Under the pieces are notes generated by a model. It searched no databases. It worked only from the letters and a program-made list of their open reading frames with translations, and had not been told where the DNA came from. Of a stretch of DNA of 58,519 bases, positions 34,731 to 46,772 are shown piece by piece (the stretch's first letter is position 1; each line of letters opens with the position of its first letter). The stretch spans positions 1-58,519 of the forward strand of contig JBBTFH010000110.1 of NCBI GenBank assembly GCA_038041915.1, read 5' to 3'. Source of the DNA: Myxococcota bacterium. GTDB lineage: Bacteria; Myxococcota_A; Polyangia; JBBTFH01. The translations under genes were made by a program, and so were the position numbers.

Positions 34731-35075
34731 GTGCGAGCGACGGCAGTTTCCCCCTTCTGCGCCGTGCTGGACGAGTACCGGCGGCGTCTCGATCGGCGGT
34801 TCGGGGGGCGTCTCACCAAAGCTCGCCTCTTCGGTTCCCGCGCCCGTGGCGACGCCGACCCCGATTCCGACATCGACGTGGCCGTCGTCGTGCGCGACCT
34901 GACGGAGCCCGAGCGAACCGAGGTGATCGATCTCGCCCTGGAAGCGTGGCGAGCCACCGGGCGCAGCGGCCCGCTCGTCTCACCGCTCGTGTGGAGCGAC
35001 CGCGAGTTCGCTGAACTCCTCGCTCTGGAGCGCCGGGTGGCCCTGGACGTCGAGCGCGAGGGCGCACCGATTTGA
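34731..35075 (+). CDS. Minimal nucleotidyltransferase (MNT) antitoxin of a HEPN/MNT pair
   Basis: It carries the GSRARGDADPDSDIDVAVV motif (GSx10-SDxD Pol-beta NTase signature). It has a GTG start and overlaps the HEPN gene by 4 nt. Confidence 0.85.
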   Translation: MRATAVSPFCAVLDEYRRRLDRRFGGRLTKARLFGSRARGDADPDSDIDVAVVVRDLTEPERTEVIDLALEAWRATGRSGPLVSPLVWSDREFAELLALERRVALDVEREGAPI

Positions 35076-35479
35076 CGACGGAGAATCGCCGCGAGAACGC
35101 GCGGGCGGAGGCGGCTCTCGGCGGCGATGCGCTTCGGGCGGCCGAAACCCTGCGCGATCTCGGGCTGACCAACGACGCCGTGAGCCGCGCCTACTACGCG
35201 GCGTTCCACCATGCGCGCGCGCTCCTGCTTACCGAGGGCCTCGAACCCAAGACCCACCAGGGCGTCCTCGCGCTGCTCGGCCAGCGGTTTGAAGGCCCGG
35301 GACTGCTCGGCTCGGACTCCGTCTCCGCGTTCGCGCGGCTCCAGACGTTCAGGGGCCTCGCCGACTATTCCGCACGCGCTCGCCTTCCGTCCGCGCGAGC
35401 GGTCGAGGAGGTCGCCGCGGCGCGTCGCTTCGTGGAGGAGGCGCAGGCGCTCCTCCGGGCGGGCGGCTGGATCGACTGA
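35072..35479 (+). CDS. HEPN-domain protein (toxin of the HEPN/MNT pair)
   Basis: It has a helical HEPN layout (VSRAYYAAFHHARALLL...HQGV...) and a C-terminal R-x-x-x-D-Y type motif (FRGLADYS). Confidence 0.8.
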   Translation: MTTENRRENARAEAALGGDALRAAETLRDLGLTNDAVSRAYYAAFHHARALLLTEGLEPKTHQGVLALLGQRFEGPGLLGSDSVSAFARLQTFRGLADYSARARLPSARAVEEVAAARRFVEEAQALLRAGGWID

Positions 35480-35503
35480 GGATCCGCTCGGACACTTCCA
35501 TAC

Positions 35504-35572
35504 CGAAGAAGCACAAGCTGGTCCGCCGCCTCGCCCGAATCGCCATGGCGGCGTGACCCAGCGCCGCCGGGT
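35504..35572. repeat. Right copy of the perfect 69-bp direct repeat
   Basis: Identical to 34574-34642. It carries an orphan copy of the last 17 codons and the stop of the sigma gene. Confidence 0.97.
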
Positions 35573-35639
35573 AGACACAGCGCCGCCGGGTTGCTTGACC
35601 CTCCCAAACCCGTGTGTTAACCGCACGTCCGCCTTCGCG

Positions 35640-36110
35640 ATGTTCACGCTCATTCTCGCCGCCACGTCGGAAGAGATCCCGCTGATCGACGTTGACCTGA
35701 CGCTCGTTATCCAGCTCGCGCTCTTCCTGGTCTTGATCGTCGTCTTGAACCAACTGCTCTTCCGCCCGTACCTGCGCCTGCACGAGCGGCGCGACCAGGC
35801 GATTCTGGGGCGTGTTCGCGAGGCCGAGCGTCTCGAAGCGGAGGCGCGCCTGCGACTCGCCGAGCTCGAGGCGCGGCTGGCGGAGGCCAAGGCGCAGGCC
35901 GCCGAGGAGCGCGCCGGGCTGCGCGCCGAGGGCATCGCGCGTGAGAAGGAGATCGTTGAGGTCGCGCGGGCCGAAGCGGCGCGTCGCCTCGCCGCCGCCA
36001 AGGAAGAGTTTGCGCGCATGGGCGCCGACCTGCGGGCGAAGCTCGCGCCCGAGGTCGACGCGCTCGCGCGCAAGATCGCCTCGCGCGCGCTCGGCAGGGA
36101 GATCCAATGA
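35640..36110 (+). CDS. atpF: F-type ATP synthase subunit b' (Fo stator)
   Basis: One N-terminal TM segment is followed by a long charged helix (AEARLRLAELEARLAEAKAQAAEE...). This is the first of two b-type genes directly upstream of atpH. Confidence 0.75.
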   Translation: MFTLILAATSEEIPLIDVDLTLVIQLALFLVLIVVLNQLLFRPYLRLHERRDQAILGRVREAERLEAEARLRLAELEARLAEAKAQAAEERAGLRAEGIAREKEIVEVARAEAARRLAAAKEEFARMGADLRAKLAPEVDALARKIASRALGREIQ

Positions 36111-36664
36111 CGCCCTGGCTGCTGCTCTCGGCCACCGCGGAGCACGGGGCCGACCCCGCCAGCCTGGGCTTCTGGTTCGGCTGGAGTCCGCCGGGCATCG
36201 GATGGGCTCTGGTGAACTTCATTGCGCTCGTCTTCCTGCTGAGGAAGCTCGCGTGGCCGAAGCTCAAGGACAGCGTGCGCGCGCGACACGAGCGCATCGT
36301 GCGCGAGATCGAGGAAGCCGAGCGCGCCCGTGCCGAGGCCGCGGGGCGGCTGGTCGGCACCCAGGCGCGTTTGCAGGCGATCGATCGCGAGATCGACGCG
36401 ATCGTCGGCGGCGTCCGCGCCGAGGCCGAATCCGAAAAACAGCGGCTGATTCTGGCGGCGCTCGAGCAGGTCGGGCGCCTCGAGCGCGACGCCGACTTCA
36501 CCATCACGCAGGAGCGGAAGCAGTTGCGCCTCGACCTCGAGCGCGAGCTCGCGGCGCGCGCGGCCGGCGCCGCCGAGCAGTTGCTGCGGGAGCGTATCGA
36601 CGCGAACGTCGATCGGCAGCTCGCCGAGGAATTGGTGAAAATCGTGAGCGAGGCCCGTCCATGA
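36107..36664 (+). CDS. atpF: F-type ATP synthase subunit b
   Basis: A TM helix (WALVNFIALVFLL) is followed by a coiled-coil stator helix. The gene overlaps both neighbours by 4 nt. Confidence 0.8.
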   Translation: MTPWLLLSATAEHGADPASLGFWFGWSPPGIGWALVNFIALVFLLRKLAWPKLKDSVRARHERIVREIEEAERARAEAAGRLVGTQARLQAIDREIDAIVGGVRAEAESEKQRLILAALEQVGRLERDADFTITQERKQLRLDLERELAARAAGAAEQLLRERIDANVDRQLAEELVKIVSEARP

Positions 36665-37203
36665 TCGGCGCGGGCGTCGCGCGGCGCTATGCGAGCGCGC
36701 TCCTGCAGATCGGCCTCGAGGGCCAGCGGTGCGATGCGTTCGGCGAGGAGCTCGGGCGGGTGATGGCGCTGGTGCGCGGCAGCCACGAGCTGCGCGGGGC
36801 GCTGGGCAATCCGGTCTTCCCACTCTCGCAGCGAAAGGCGGCGCTGCTGGCCGTGCTCGATCGCGTCGGCGTCTCGACGACGGCGCGATCGTTTCTCGCG
36901 CTGTTGCTCGAGCGCGGCCGCTTCGCCGAGCTCGACAGCATCGAGCGCGAGTACCGCACGATGGCCGACCGGGCGGCCGGGCGCGTCCGGGCGGAGGTCA
37001 CGAGCGCGCGCCCGCTCGAAGGCGATGTCGCGGCGCGGCTGGCGCAGGCGCTCGAAAAGGCGACGGGCAAGACCGTGCTGCTCGAGAAGAAGGTCGAGCC
37101 GGAGCTGCTGGGCGGCCTCACGCTCAAGGTCGGCTCGCTGCTCTACGACGGAAGCGTCCGCGCGCGGCTCAGCGAGCTGCGCGAACGACTGGTGGAGGGA
37201 TAG
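36661..37203 (+). CDS. atpH: F-type ATP synthase subunit delta (OSCP)
   Basis: It shows [13 protein letters not shown]..., ...[30 protein letters not shown], typical of the delta subunit. Confidence 0.88.
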   Translation: MIGAGVARRYASALLQIGLEGQRCDAFGEELGRVMALVRGSHELRGALGNPVFPLSQRKAALLAVLDRVGVSTTARSFLALLLERGRFAELDSIEREYRTMADRAAGRVRAEVTSARPLEGDVAARLAQALEKATGKTVLLEKKVEPELLGGLTLKVGSLLYDGSVRARLSELRERLVEG

Positions 37204-37210
37204 ACGACCC

Positions 37211-38740
<1,530 letters not shown>

Positions 38741-38757
38741 GCGCCTAGACAGGATCG

Positions 38758-39621
38758 ATGCCCTCTCTCAAGATCATAAGGCGGCGCATTACGTCGACGA
38801 AGTCGACGCAGAAAATCACGCGCGCGATGAAGCTCGTCGCGGCGGCGCGGCTGAGGCGCGCTCAGGACGGAATCATCGCGGCGCGTCCGTACGCGCGGCG
38901 GCTGCACGAGGTGATCACGGAGCTGGCGGCGCGCGCGGACGCGACGGACCATCCGCTGCTCGAGCGGCGCGAGCCCAGGCGCGTCGCACTGGTCGTGATC
39001 ACGTCCGATCGCGGCCTGTGTGGCGGCTTCAACACCAACATCCTGCGTCGCGCCGACGCGTTCCTGCGCGACGGGCGGGCTTCGTACGAGGCGATCGACC
39101 TGTCGGTCGTTGGACGCAAGGGGCGTGAGTACTACCGCCACCGCCACGTTGCGCTCCGGCGCGAGTTCCCCGGCTCGACCTCCGACGTCGCGCAGGAGCG
39201 TGCGCGCGAAATCGCCCGCGCGATCATCGACGAGTTCCTCGCGCAGAATCTCGACGCGGCCTACCTCGTCTACAACGAGTTCAAGTCCGCCGTGACGCAG
39301 AAGGTCACCGTCGAGCGGCTGCTGCCCATAGAGCCATTGCCGCTGGTCGGCCTCGCCTCGGTGGACTTCCTCTACGAGCCGGGCAAGCGCGAGCTGCTCG
39401 ACCACCTGCTGCCGCTGCACGTCGAGGTACAGCTCTATCGCGCGGTGCTCGAGTCGATAGCGTCGGAGCTGGGATCGCGCATGACGGCGATGGAGAGCGC
39501 GACCAACAACGCGAGCGACATGATTCAGCGGCTGACGCTGCAGTTCAACCGCGCGCGGCAGGCGACGATCACCAAGGAGCTGATGGAGATCATCGGCGGA
39601 GCCGAAGCGCTCAAGGGGTAA
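38758..39621 (+). CDS. atpG: F-type ATP synthase subunit gamma
   Basis: It begins MPSLKIIRRRITSTKSTQKITRAMKLVAAARL and ends with ...ITKELMEIIGGAEAL. Confidence 0.96.
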   Translation: MPSLKIIRRRITSTKSTQKITRAMKLVAAARLRRAQDGIIAARPYARRLHEVITELAARADATDHPLLERREPRRVALVVITSDRGLCGGFNTNILRRADAFLRDGRASYEAIDLSVVGRKGREYYRHRHVALRREFPGSTSDVAQERAREIARAIIDEFLAQNLDAAYLVYNEFKSAVTQKVTVERLLPIEPLPLVGLASVDFLYEPGKRELLDHLLPLHVEVQLYRAVLESIASELGSRMTAMESATNNASDMIQRLTLQFNRARQATITKELMEIIGGAEALKG

Positions 39622-41127
<1,506 letters not shown>

Positions 41128-41128
41128 G

Positions 41129-41542
41129 GTGGCGCTTCACGTCGAAGTCGTCACGCCGAGGGGCGCCGCTTTGTCCGCCGACGCCGACGAGGTCGTCGCG
41201 CCGGGCGTGCTGGGCGAGTTCGGCGTGCTGCCGGGGCACCTGCCGCTGCTGTCGGGCCTGCGCCCCGGCGTGCTGCGCCTGCGCCACGGCGGCAAGCAGG
41301 AGCTCGTCGCCGTCGGCGCCGGCTTCGTGCAAGTCGGCGCGCGCGACCACGTGATCGTATTGACCGAGACGTGCGAAAAATCCGCCCAGGTCGATGTCGA
41401 GGTCGCGCGCCGCGATCTCGCCGCCGCCGACGAGAAGCTGCGCGCGTGGAGCCGCGAGACCGGCGCCGAGTTTCAGCGCGCCGTGCTCGACCGCGCCTGG
41501 GCCGAAGCGCGCATCAAGGTCTCGGAGAGCCGCCGAGCGTAG
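41129..41542 (+). CDS. atpC: F-type ATP synthase subunit epsilon
   Basis: A GTG start at 41129 is followed by LHVEVVTPRGA...GVLPGHLPLLSGLRPGVLRL. The upstream part of track ORF 41012..41542 is an out-of-frame overlap with atpD. Confidence 0.88.
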   Translation: MALHVEVVTPRGAALSADADEVVAPGVLGEFGVLPGHLPLLSGLRPGVLRLRHGGKQELVAVGAGFVQVGARDHVIVLTETCEKSAQVDVEVARRDLAAADEKLRAWSRETGAEFQRAVLDRAWAEARIKVSESRRA

Positions 41543-41601
41543 CGGAGGCTTTCGTTGTGCGCGGCCGGGTCGAGGGACTAGGATGCGCCCAGGAGGCCGC
41601 C

Positions 41602-44313
41602 ATGCTTGTCCGTGTTGCCTGCGTTCCCCTGTTGCTCGCCGCCTGCGGGCCGGCGTTTTCTTCTCACGGCGGCGATCAGGGCGGCGAGAGCGAGTCGGAG
41701 GGCGAGCTCGGCGGCGGCGATTTCGGTGATGCCGACGGCGACACGATCTCCGACGTGGCCGAGGGGCGGCGAGCGGCGCGCGACACCGACGGCGATGGCG
41801 CCGCGGACTACCTCGACGACGATTCGGACGGTGACGGCATCGCCGACGCGGTCGAGGCCGGCGACGACGACGTCTCGACGGCGCCGCGCGATAGCGACGA
41901 GGATGGCCGTCCCGACTTTCTCGACGAGGACTCCGACGCCGACGGGATCGACGACCAAATCGAGGCCGGGGATCTCGAGCTCGCGACGCCCGCCGACGAC
42001 TCCGACGGCGACGGCACGCCCGATTACCTCGACGACGATTCGGACGCGAACGGCGTATCGGACGCGACCGAGGGCGACTTCGATGCCGACGGCGACGGCC
42101 GCGGCGCTTGGATCGACGAGGACAACGACGGCGACAGCATCGACGACATCGTCGAGGTCGGCGGGGAGCCTGACGACCCGAACGACACCGACGGCGATGG
42201 GGTGCTGGACCTCGACGATCTTGATTCCGACGGCGACGCCATCCCCGATCTGATCGAAGGCCTGGCGGATCCCGACGGCGACGGCATCGGCGCCTTCATC
42301 GACGTCGACGCCGACGGGGACTTCATCGCCGACGCCGAGGAGGCGGGCGACGACGATCTCGCCACCCCGCCCCTCGACTCGAACGGCGACGCCTTCCCCG
42401 ATTTCTTCGACGACGACTCGGAGGGCGACGGCATCCCCGACGCGGTGGAGGCGGGCGACGCGGATCTGGCCACGCCGGCGGTGGACAGCGACGGCGACGG
42501 CATTCCCGACTACCTCGACTCGGATTCGGACGCGAACGGCATCGCGGATGCGATCGAAGGCGCGGACGACGCGGACCTCGACGGCATCGGTAGCTTCGCC
42601 GACGACGACGACGACGGCGACGGCATCGGCGACGTGATCGAGATCGGCGGCGATCCGGCCGCGCCGCGCGACACCGACGGCGACGGGACGCCCGACTACG
42701 GCGATGCCGACTCGGACGGCGACAGCATCGGCGATCTCTTCGAGGGGCTGATCGATCTCGACGGCGACGGCGTGCTCGCCTACCTCGACGGAGACTCCGA
42801 CGACGACGGAATCTCGGACGCGGACGAAGCGGGGGACGCCGATCCCGCCACGCCGCCGGTCGACACCGACGGCGACGGCCTGTTCGACTTCCTGGACGTC
42901 GACTCGGATGCCGACGGCCTCGCCGACGCCGACGAGGCCGCCTTCGGCACCGACCCGCAGGATCCCGACTCCGACGGCGACGGCGCCACGGATCTGATCG
43001 AGACGGTCGCCGGGACCGATCCCACCGACGCCGGCGACAGCCCGCTGGCGGACGGCGCCTTCATCTTCGAGGTTCCCTTCGAAGAGCCGCCGACGCCGGC
43101 GAGCGACATCCTCGAGTTCTCGACGACGATCGTGCGCGCCGACGTGCTCCTGCTCGTGGACACGACCGGCAGCATGGGCGGCGAGATCTCGAACCTGTCG
43201 TCGAGCCTCGCCTCGACCGTCGTGCCCGGTCTCGCCGCCAGCGTGCCGGACATCGCGTTCGGCGTGGCGCAGTACCGCGACTTCCCCACCGGCGACTTCG
43301 GCTCGGGCGGAGACCAGCCGTACGATCTCGAGCATCGCGTGATGACCGTGTCGACGGGCGCGGGCCTCGCCTCGGTCTCCGCGCCGCTGTCGGCGCTCTA
43401 CGCGAGTGGTGGCGCCGACGGCCCGGAGAGCGGCTGGGAGGCGCTCTATCAGGCGGCCACCGGCGAAGGCATCTGGGTCGGCGGGGCTTCCGTGCCGGCG
43501 TTCGCTCCCGCCACGGCGTATCCGGCGGCGCCTCCCGCCGGCGAGGAGATCGGCGCGCTCGGCGGCGCCGGCTTCCGTGAGGGCGCGCTGCCGATCATCG
43601 TGCAGGCGACCGACGCCATCAGCCACAACGACTACTCGTCCGCCTGCGGCTGGTGGGGCGGCTGCTTCAGCGGCTGGCACTCGCAGGCTTCCGCGCTGGC
43701 CGCGCTCGACAGCATCGGCGCGAAGGTCGTCGGCATCGCGAGCCAGGGAGGCTGGGGCGACGTGCGCGGCGAGCTCGTCGGTACGGCGACCTCGACCGGC
43801 GCGCTCGTCGCCCCCTCCGACTTCGGAGGCGCGTGCGCGGCCGGTATGTGCTGCACCGGGCTGTCCGGCGCCGGCGAGTGGCCCAATGGCGCGGGCGAGT
43901 GCCCGCTGGTCTACACGGTGTCGTCGAGCGGCACAGGTTTGGGCTCGACGATCGTCTCGGGCATCACGCTGCTGACCTCGTTCGTGGAGCTGGACATCAG
44001 CGCCGAGGCCGTCGATGCCGGCGGCGACGCCGTCGACGCGGTGGCGGCGTTCATCGACGAGATCGTGCCCGTGACGGCTGCGCTGCCGGGCTGCACGCCG
44101 GGGCTCACCGTCGTCGGGGGCGCGTTCATCGACGTCGAGCCCGGCACGCCGGTGTGCTTCGAGATCGTGCCCAAGATGAACACGACGGTGCCGCCGGCAG
44201 CCGAGCTCCAACTCTTCCGTGCCACGATCGAGGTGTGGGGCGACGGCGTCACGCTGCTCGATGCGCGCGACGTGTTCTTCCTCGTGCCGGGCGAGCCGGG
44301 CACGCAGGGCTGA
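41602..44313 (+). CDS. Lipoprotein with ~25 thrombospondin-type-3-like Ca-binding repeats and a C-terminal vWA domain
   Basis: The SD AGGAGG lies 5 nt before the ATG at 41602, and the lipobox is LLAAC. From 41728 to ~43030 the motif DxDGDGxxDxxDxDxDxDG is repeated many times. A vWA MIDAS motif follows: LLLVDTTGSMGGE ... GGADGPES ... ATDAISHN. Confidence 0.85.
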   Translation: MLVRVACVPLLLAACGPAFSSHGGDQGGESESEGELGGGDFGDADGDTISDVAEGRRAARDTDGDGAADYLDDDSDGDGIADAVEAGDDDVSTAPRDSDEDGRPDFLDEDSDADGIDDQIEAGDLELATPADDSDGDGTPDYLDDDSDANGVSDATEGDFDADGDGRGAWIDEDNDGDSIDDIVEVGGEPDDPNDTDGDGVLDLDDLDSDGDAIPDLIEGLADPDGDGIGAFIDVDADGDFIADAEEAGDDDLATPPLDSNGDAFPDFFDDDSEGDGIPDAVEAGDADLATPAVDSDGDGIPDYLDSDSDANGIADAIEGADDADLDGIGSFADDDDDGDGIGDVIEIGGDPAAPRDTDGDGTPDYGDADSDGDSIGDLFEGLIDLDGDGVLAYLDGDSDDDGISDADEAGDADPATPPVDTDGDGLFDFLDVDSDADGLADADEAAFGTDPQDPDSDGDGATDLIETVAGTDPTDAGDSPLADGAFIFEVPFEEPPTPASDILEFSTTIVRADVLLLVDTTGSMGGEISNLSSSLASTVVPGLAASVPDIAFGVAQYRDFPTGDFGSGGDQPYDLEHRVMTVSTGAGLASVSAPLSALYASGGADGPESGWEALYQAATGEGIWVGGASVPAFAPATAYPAAPPAGEEIGALGGAGFREGALPIIVQATDAISHNDYSSACGWWGGCFSGWHSQASALAALDSIGAKVVGIASQGGWGDVRGELVGTATSTGALVAPSDFGGACAAGMCCTGLSGAGEWPNGAGECPLVYTVSSSGTGLGSTIVSGITLLTSFVELDISAEAVDAGGDAVDAVAAFIDEIVPVTAALPGCTPGLTVVGGAFIDVEPGTPVCFEIVPKMNTTVPPAAELQLFRATIEVWGDGVTLLDARDVFFLVPGEPGTQG

Positions 44314-44329
44314 GAACCCCCCCCCTCGC

Positions 44330-45169
44330 TCACCTCCGCGGAATCGGCGCGGCCGGCAGCAAGCGCTTGGCCTCGTCCGCGAACTTCGCGTCGAGCGGGC
44401 AGCGTGCTTCGACGGTGCGGCGTACGAGCGGCAGAATCGCCCGCGCGAAGGCGTCGATGTCCGGATCGTCGTACCAACGGTCGTCCTCGGCGGGTCGCGC
44501 CCCGGCGCGCTCGGCGGCGAGCACGTTGCCGACAACCGTGGCGAGCGCCTCGTCGAGCAGCGCGAGCGCGCGCGGCGCGTCGGCGAACCAGGCGTCGATC
44601 TGCCGGCGCCGCGCATCGCTCCGCGCGCGCCAAAGGCTGTGGCAAAGCTCGTGCGCGATCACGCCGTAGCGCTCGGCGAGATCGTCCTCACGCTCCGTCA
44701 TCTCGACGAGCACGATCGCGCCGGCGGAACTGGCCCGCGTCGTCTCCGGCTTGCCCGGGATCGGTACGAGGACCACGGTGATCGGCGCGTCGGGCGGCCA
44801 AATCACGCCGAAGAAGCGTGCGGCGTCGTCGAGCGTGTCGGCAAGGCGCGCGCGTGCGGCCATCGCCTCGAGCGCGGCGGCCTGCCGCCGTAGGCGCGGC
44901 CAAGACGGAGTCCAGATCCGCTCGCGCCATCTCGCGACGCAGGTCTGGCCGCGCGCGCCGGCGCAGGTCTCGCGGGAAAGCTCCGGCTGGCGCGTCAGGA
45001 AGTACTCTCGCGCCACCGTCTCGTTGGCCTCGAAGCGGACGATCGGCGCGGCGGTGGCCGGCGCGGCGGTGGCGCCGGTGGCGACGAGCAGCGCGACGAC
45101 GACGCGGATCAGAGGCTGTGAATCAATCCCCGGACCGAGCCAGGCGAAGCGCGGCGGGCCCGGATGCAA
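44330..45169 (-). CDS. Hypothetical secreted protein with an HExxH motif (possible zinc metallopeptidase-like)
   Basis: The N-terminus is hydrophobic. The motif VIAHELCHSLW lies in the middle. I recognise no family. The start codon is uncertain. Confidence 0.5.
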   Translation of the reverse strand: MHPGPPRFAWLGPGIDSQPLIRVVVALLVATGATAAPATAAPIVRFEANETVAREYFLTRQPELSRETCAGARGQTCVARWRERIWTPSWPRLRRQAAALEAMAARARLADTLDDAARFFGVIWPPDAPITVVLVPIPGKPETTRASSAGAIVLVEMTEREDDLAERYGVIAHELCHSLWRARSDARRRQIDAWFADAPRALALLDEALATVVGNVLAAERAGARPAEDDRWYDDPDIDAFARAILPLVRRTVEARCPLDAKFADEAKRLLPAAPIPRR

Positions 45170-45272
45170 GGAGCGAGGAGGGCGAATACCTTGTGGTATT
45201 CAACCGACGAGCGACGCCGCAGACGGGCCCGCCCCGCGAGCCTGGCGACGGGAGGGGATTGGTTCACAGCCT

Positions 45273-46142
45273 CTAACCCTTCTTCGGCTTCATCGCCGCC
45301 ATCATCTGCTTCACCGCGGCGCGATCGTAGCCGGTCAGAAAGTTGAACTGCCCCGCGCCCATGAGCCACTCGCCACCGTCGATGGTCACGCAGTCGCCCG
45401 TGATGTAGCCGGACTCGTCGGCCATGAGGTAGGCGGACAGGTTGGCGAGCTCGGCGTGCTCGCCGTAGCGGCCGAGCGGCACCTTCTTCTTGAGCATGTC
45501 GCCCGGCACGCCCGACGGATCGCCGCCGCCCGGCATCAGGCGCGACCAGGCGCCCTCCGTCGGGAAGGGCCCGGGCGCGATGGCGTTGAGCCGGATCCGG
45601 TGGTGCGCCCACTCGACGGCGAGAGAGCGCGTCATCGCGAGCACGGCCGACTTGCCGCACACGCTCGGCAGCACGAAGGCCGAGCCGGTCCAGGCGTAGG
45701 TCGTCACGATCGAGAGGACGTTGCCGCCGCCGCCCTGCGCGATCATCTGCTTGCCGAAGACGTGCGTGCAGTGAAACGAGCCGAACAGCACGATCTCGAC
45801 GACGGCGCGGAAGCCGCCCGGCGTCAGATCTTCGCTCGGCGCGAGGAAGTTTCCCGCGGCGTTGTTGACCAGCCCGTCGACGCGCCCGAAGGCCTCGAGC
45901 ACGCGGTCGCGCGCCTTCTCGACCTGCGCGTAGTCGCGCACGTCGCAGGGCACGGCGAGCGTCTTGGCGCCGGTCTTCGCGGCGATCTCGGCGGCGGTCG
46001 CGTCGATGACGTCCTTGCGCCGCGCCGCGATGGCCACGCACGCGCCGAGCTCGCCGAAGCGCGTCGCCATCGCCTTGCCCAGGCCCGTCCCGCCGCCGGT
46101 CACGACCAGAACCTTGTCCTTCAGCAGATCGGATCGGAACAT
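45273..46142 (-). CDS. SDR-family oxidoreductase, 2,4-dienoyl-CoA reductase-like
   Basis: It shows VLVVTGGGTGLGKAMA (TGxxxGxG), NNAAGNF, a catalytic-region S...Y/K-type pattern, and a C-terminal GDCVTIDGGEWL. The ATG is at 46142. The upstream part of track ORF 45273..46745 is an artefact. Confidence 0.85.
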   Translation of the reverse strand: MFRSDLLKDKVLVVTGGGTGLGKAMATRFGELGACVAIAARRKDVIDATAAEIAAKTGAKTLAVPCDVRDYAQVEKARDRVLEAFGRVDGLVNNAAGNFLAPSEDLTPGGFRAVVEIVLFGSFHCTHVFGKQMIAQGGGGNVLSIVTTYAWTGSAFVLPSVCGKSAVLAMTRSLAVEWAHHRIRLNAIAPGPFPTEGAWSRLMPGGGDPSGVPGDMLKKKVPLGRYGEHAELANLSAYLMADESGYITGDCVTIDGGEWLMGAGQFNFLTGYDRAAVKQMMAAMKPKKG

Positions 46143-46190
46143 GGGCGCGTGCATAACACGCGGCTTCGCGGCTGTGATAGCTTCCACGCC

Positions 46191-46589
46191 GTGTCGCGGT
46201 TCGCCCTCGCTTTCCTGCTCGTCACCGCCTGCAAGTCCGCTCCGCCCGTTCCCGCGCCCGGGCCGCTTCCGCCCGGCGCTTCGTTCACCGGGAAGTGGGA
46301 GTCGAGCTTCGGCCCGCTCCACCTCGATCAGCGCGATGCCTGGACCTTCGGCACCTACGGCGCGCACGGCGCGCTGTTCGGCGAGGCCGAGGGCAACCGG
46401 TTGCGCTTCAACTGGAAGGATCACACGCTCGACCGTTGGGGCCGCGGCTACTTCGTCATCTCCGCCGACGGTACGCGCCTCGAGGGTCGCTACGGTCCCG
46501 AGAAGGATGAGGTCGAGTCCGGCCCCTGCTGGGCCCACCGCCCCGGCGCCGCGCCGCCCGCCCCGCCGACCCTCGGCAGCAAGCCGTAG
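46191..46589 (+). CDS. Small hypothetical lipoprotein (132 aa)
   Basis: A GTG start is followed by the signal peptide and lipobox FLLVTAC. This is the tail of track ORF 44751..46589. Confidence 0.5.
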   Translation: MSRFALAFLLVTACKSAPPVPAPGPLPPGASFTGKWESSFGPLHLDQRDAWTFGTYGAHGALFGEAEGNRLRFNWKDHTLDRWGRGYFVISADGTRLEGRYGPEKDEVESGPCWAHRPGAAPPAPPTLGSKP

Positions 46590-46610
46590 CGGAAGGCCGC
46601 CTGCTCGCAG

Positions 46611-46675
46611 GCCTGATAGTCGCTCGCGACGTTGGGCACCGGCGAGTCGGCGATGCCGCACTGTACGAGAGCCGG
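46611..46675 (-). pseudogene. Orphan fragment paralogous to an internal segment of the adjacent hydrolase gene
   Basis: 46611-46675 aligns with 47074-47138, with about 52 of the first 55 nt identical by hand alignment. The minus-strand translation ..ALVQCGIADSPVPNVASDYQA matches ..VLMQCGIADSQVPNVATDYQA of the 667-aa protein. Confidence 0.65.
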
Positions 46676-46725
46676 CGGAAGCGATCTCGTGCAGTGCGCG
46701 ACATCGAGGAATTTCGCGGGGTTGA

Positions 46726-46752
46726 CCCCTGTGTGATCCGATCACACAGGGG
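46726..46752. repeat. Perfect 27-bp palindrome (13-bp arms)
   Basis: The sequence is cccctgtgtgatc c gatcacacagggg. It lies 20 bp downstream of the hydrolase stop codon. A second short dyad, gccctc ca gagggc (46760-73), abuts that stop. No U-tract follows on either strand. Confidence 0.9.
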
Positions 46753-46772
46753 GTAGATCGCCCTCCAGAGGG

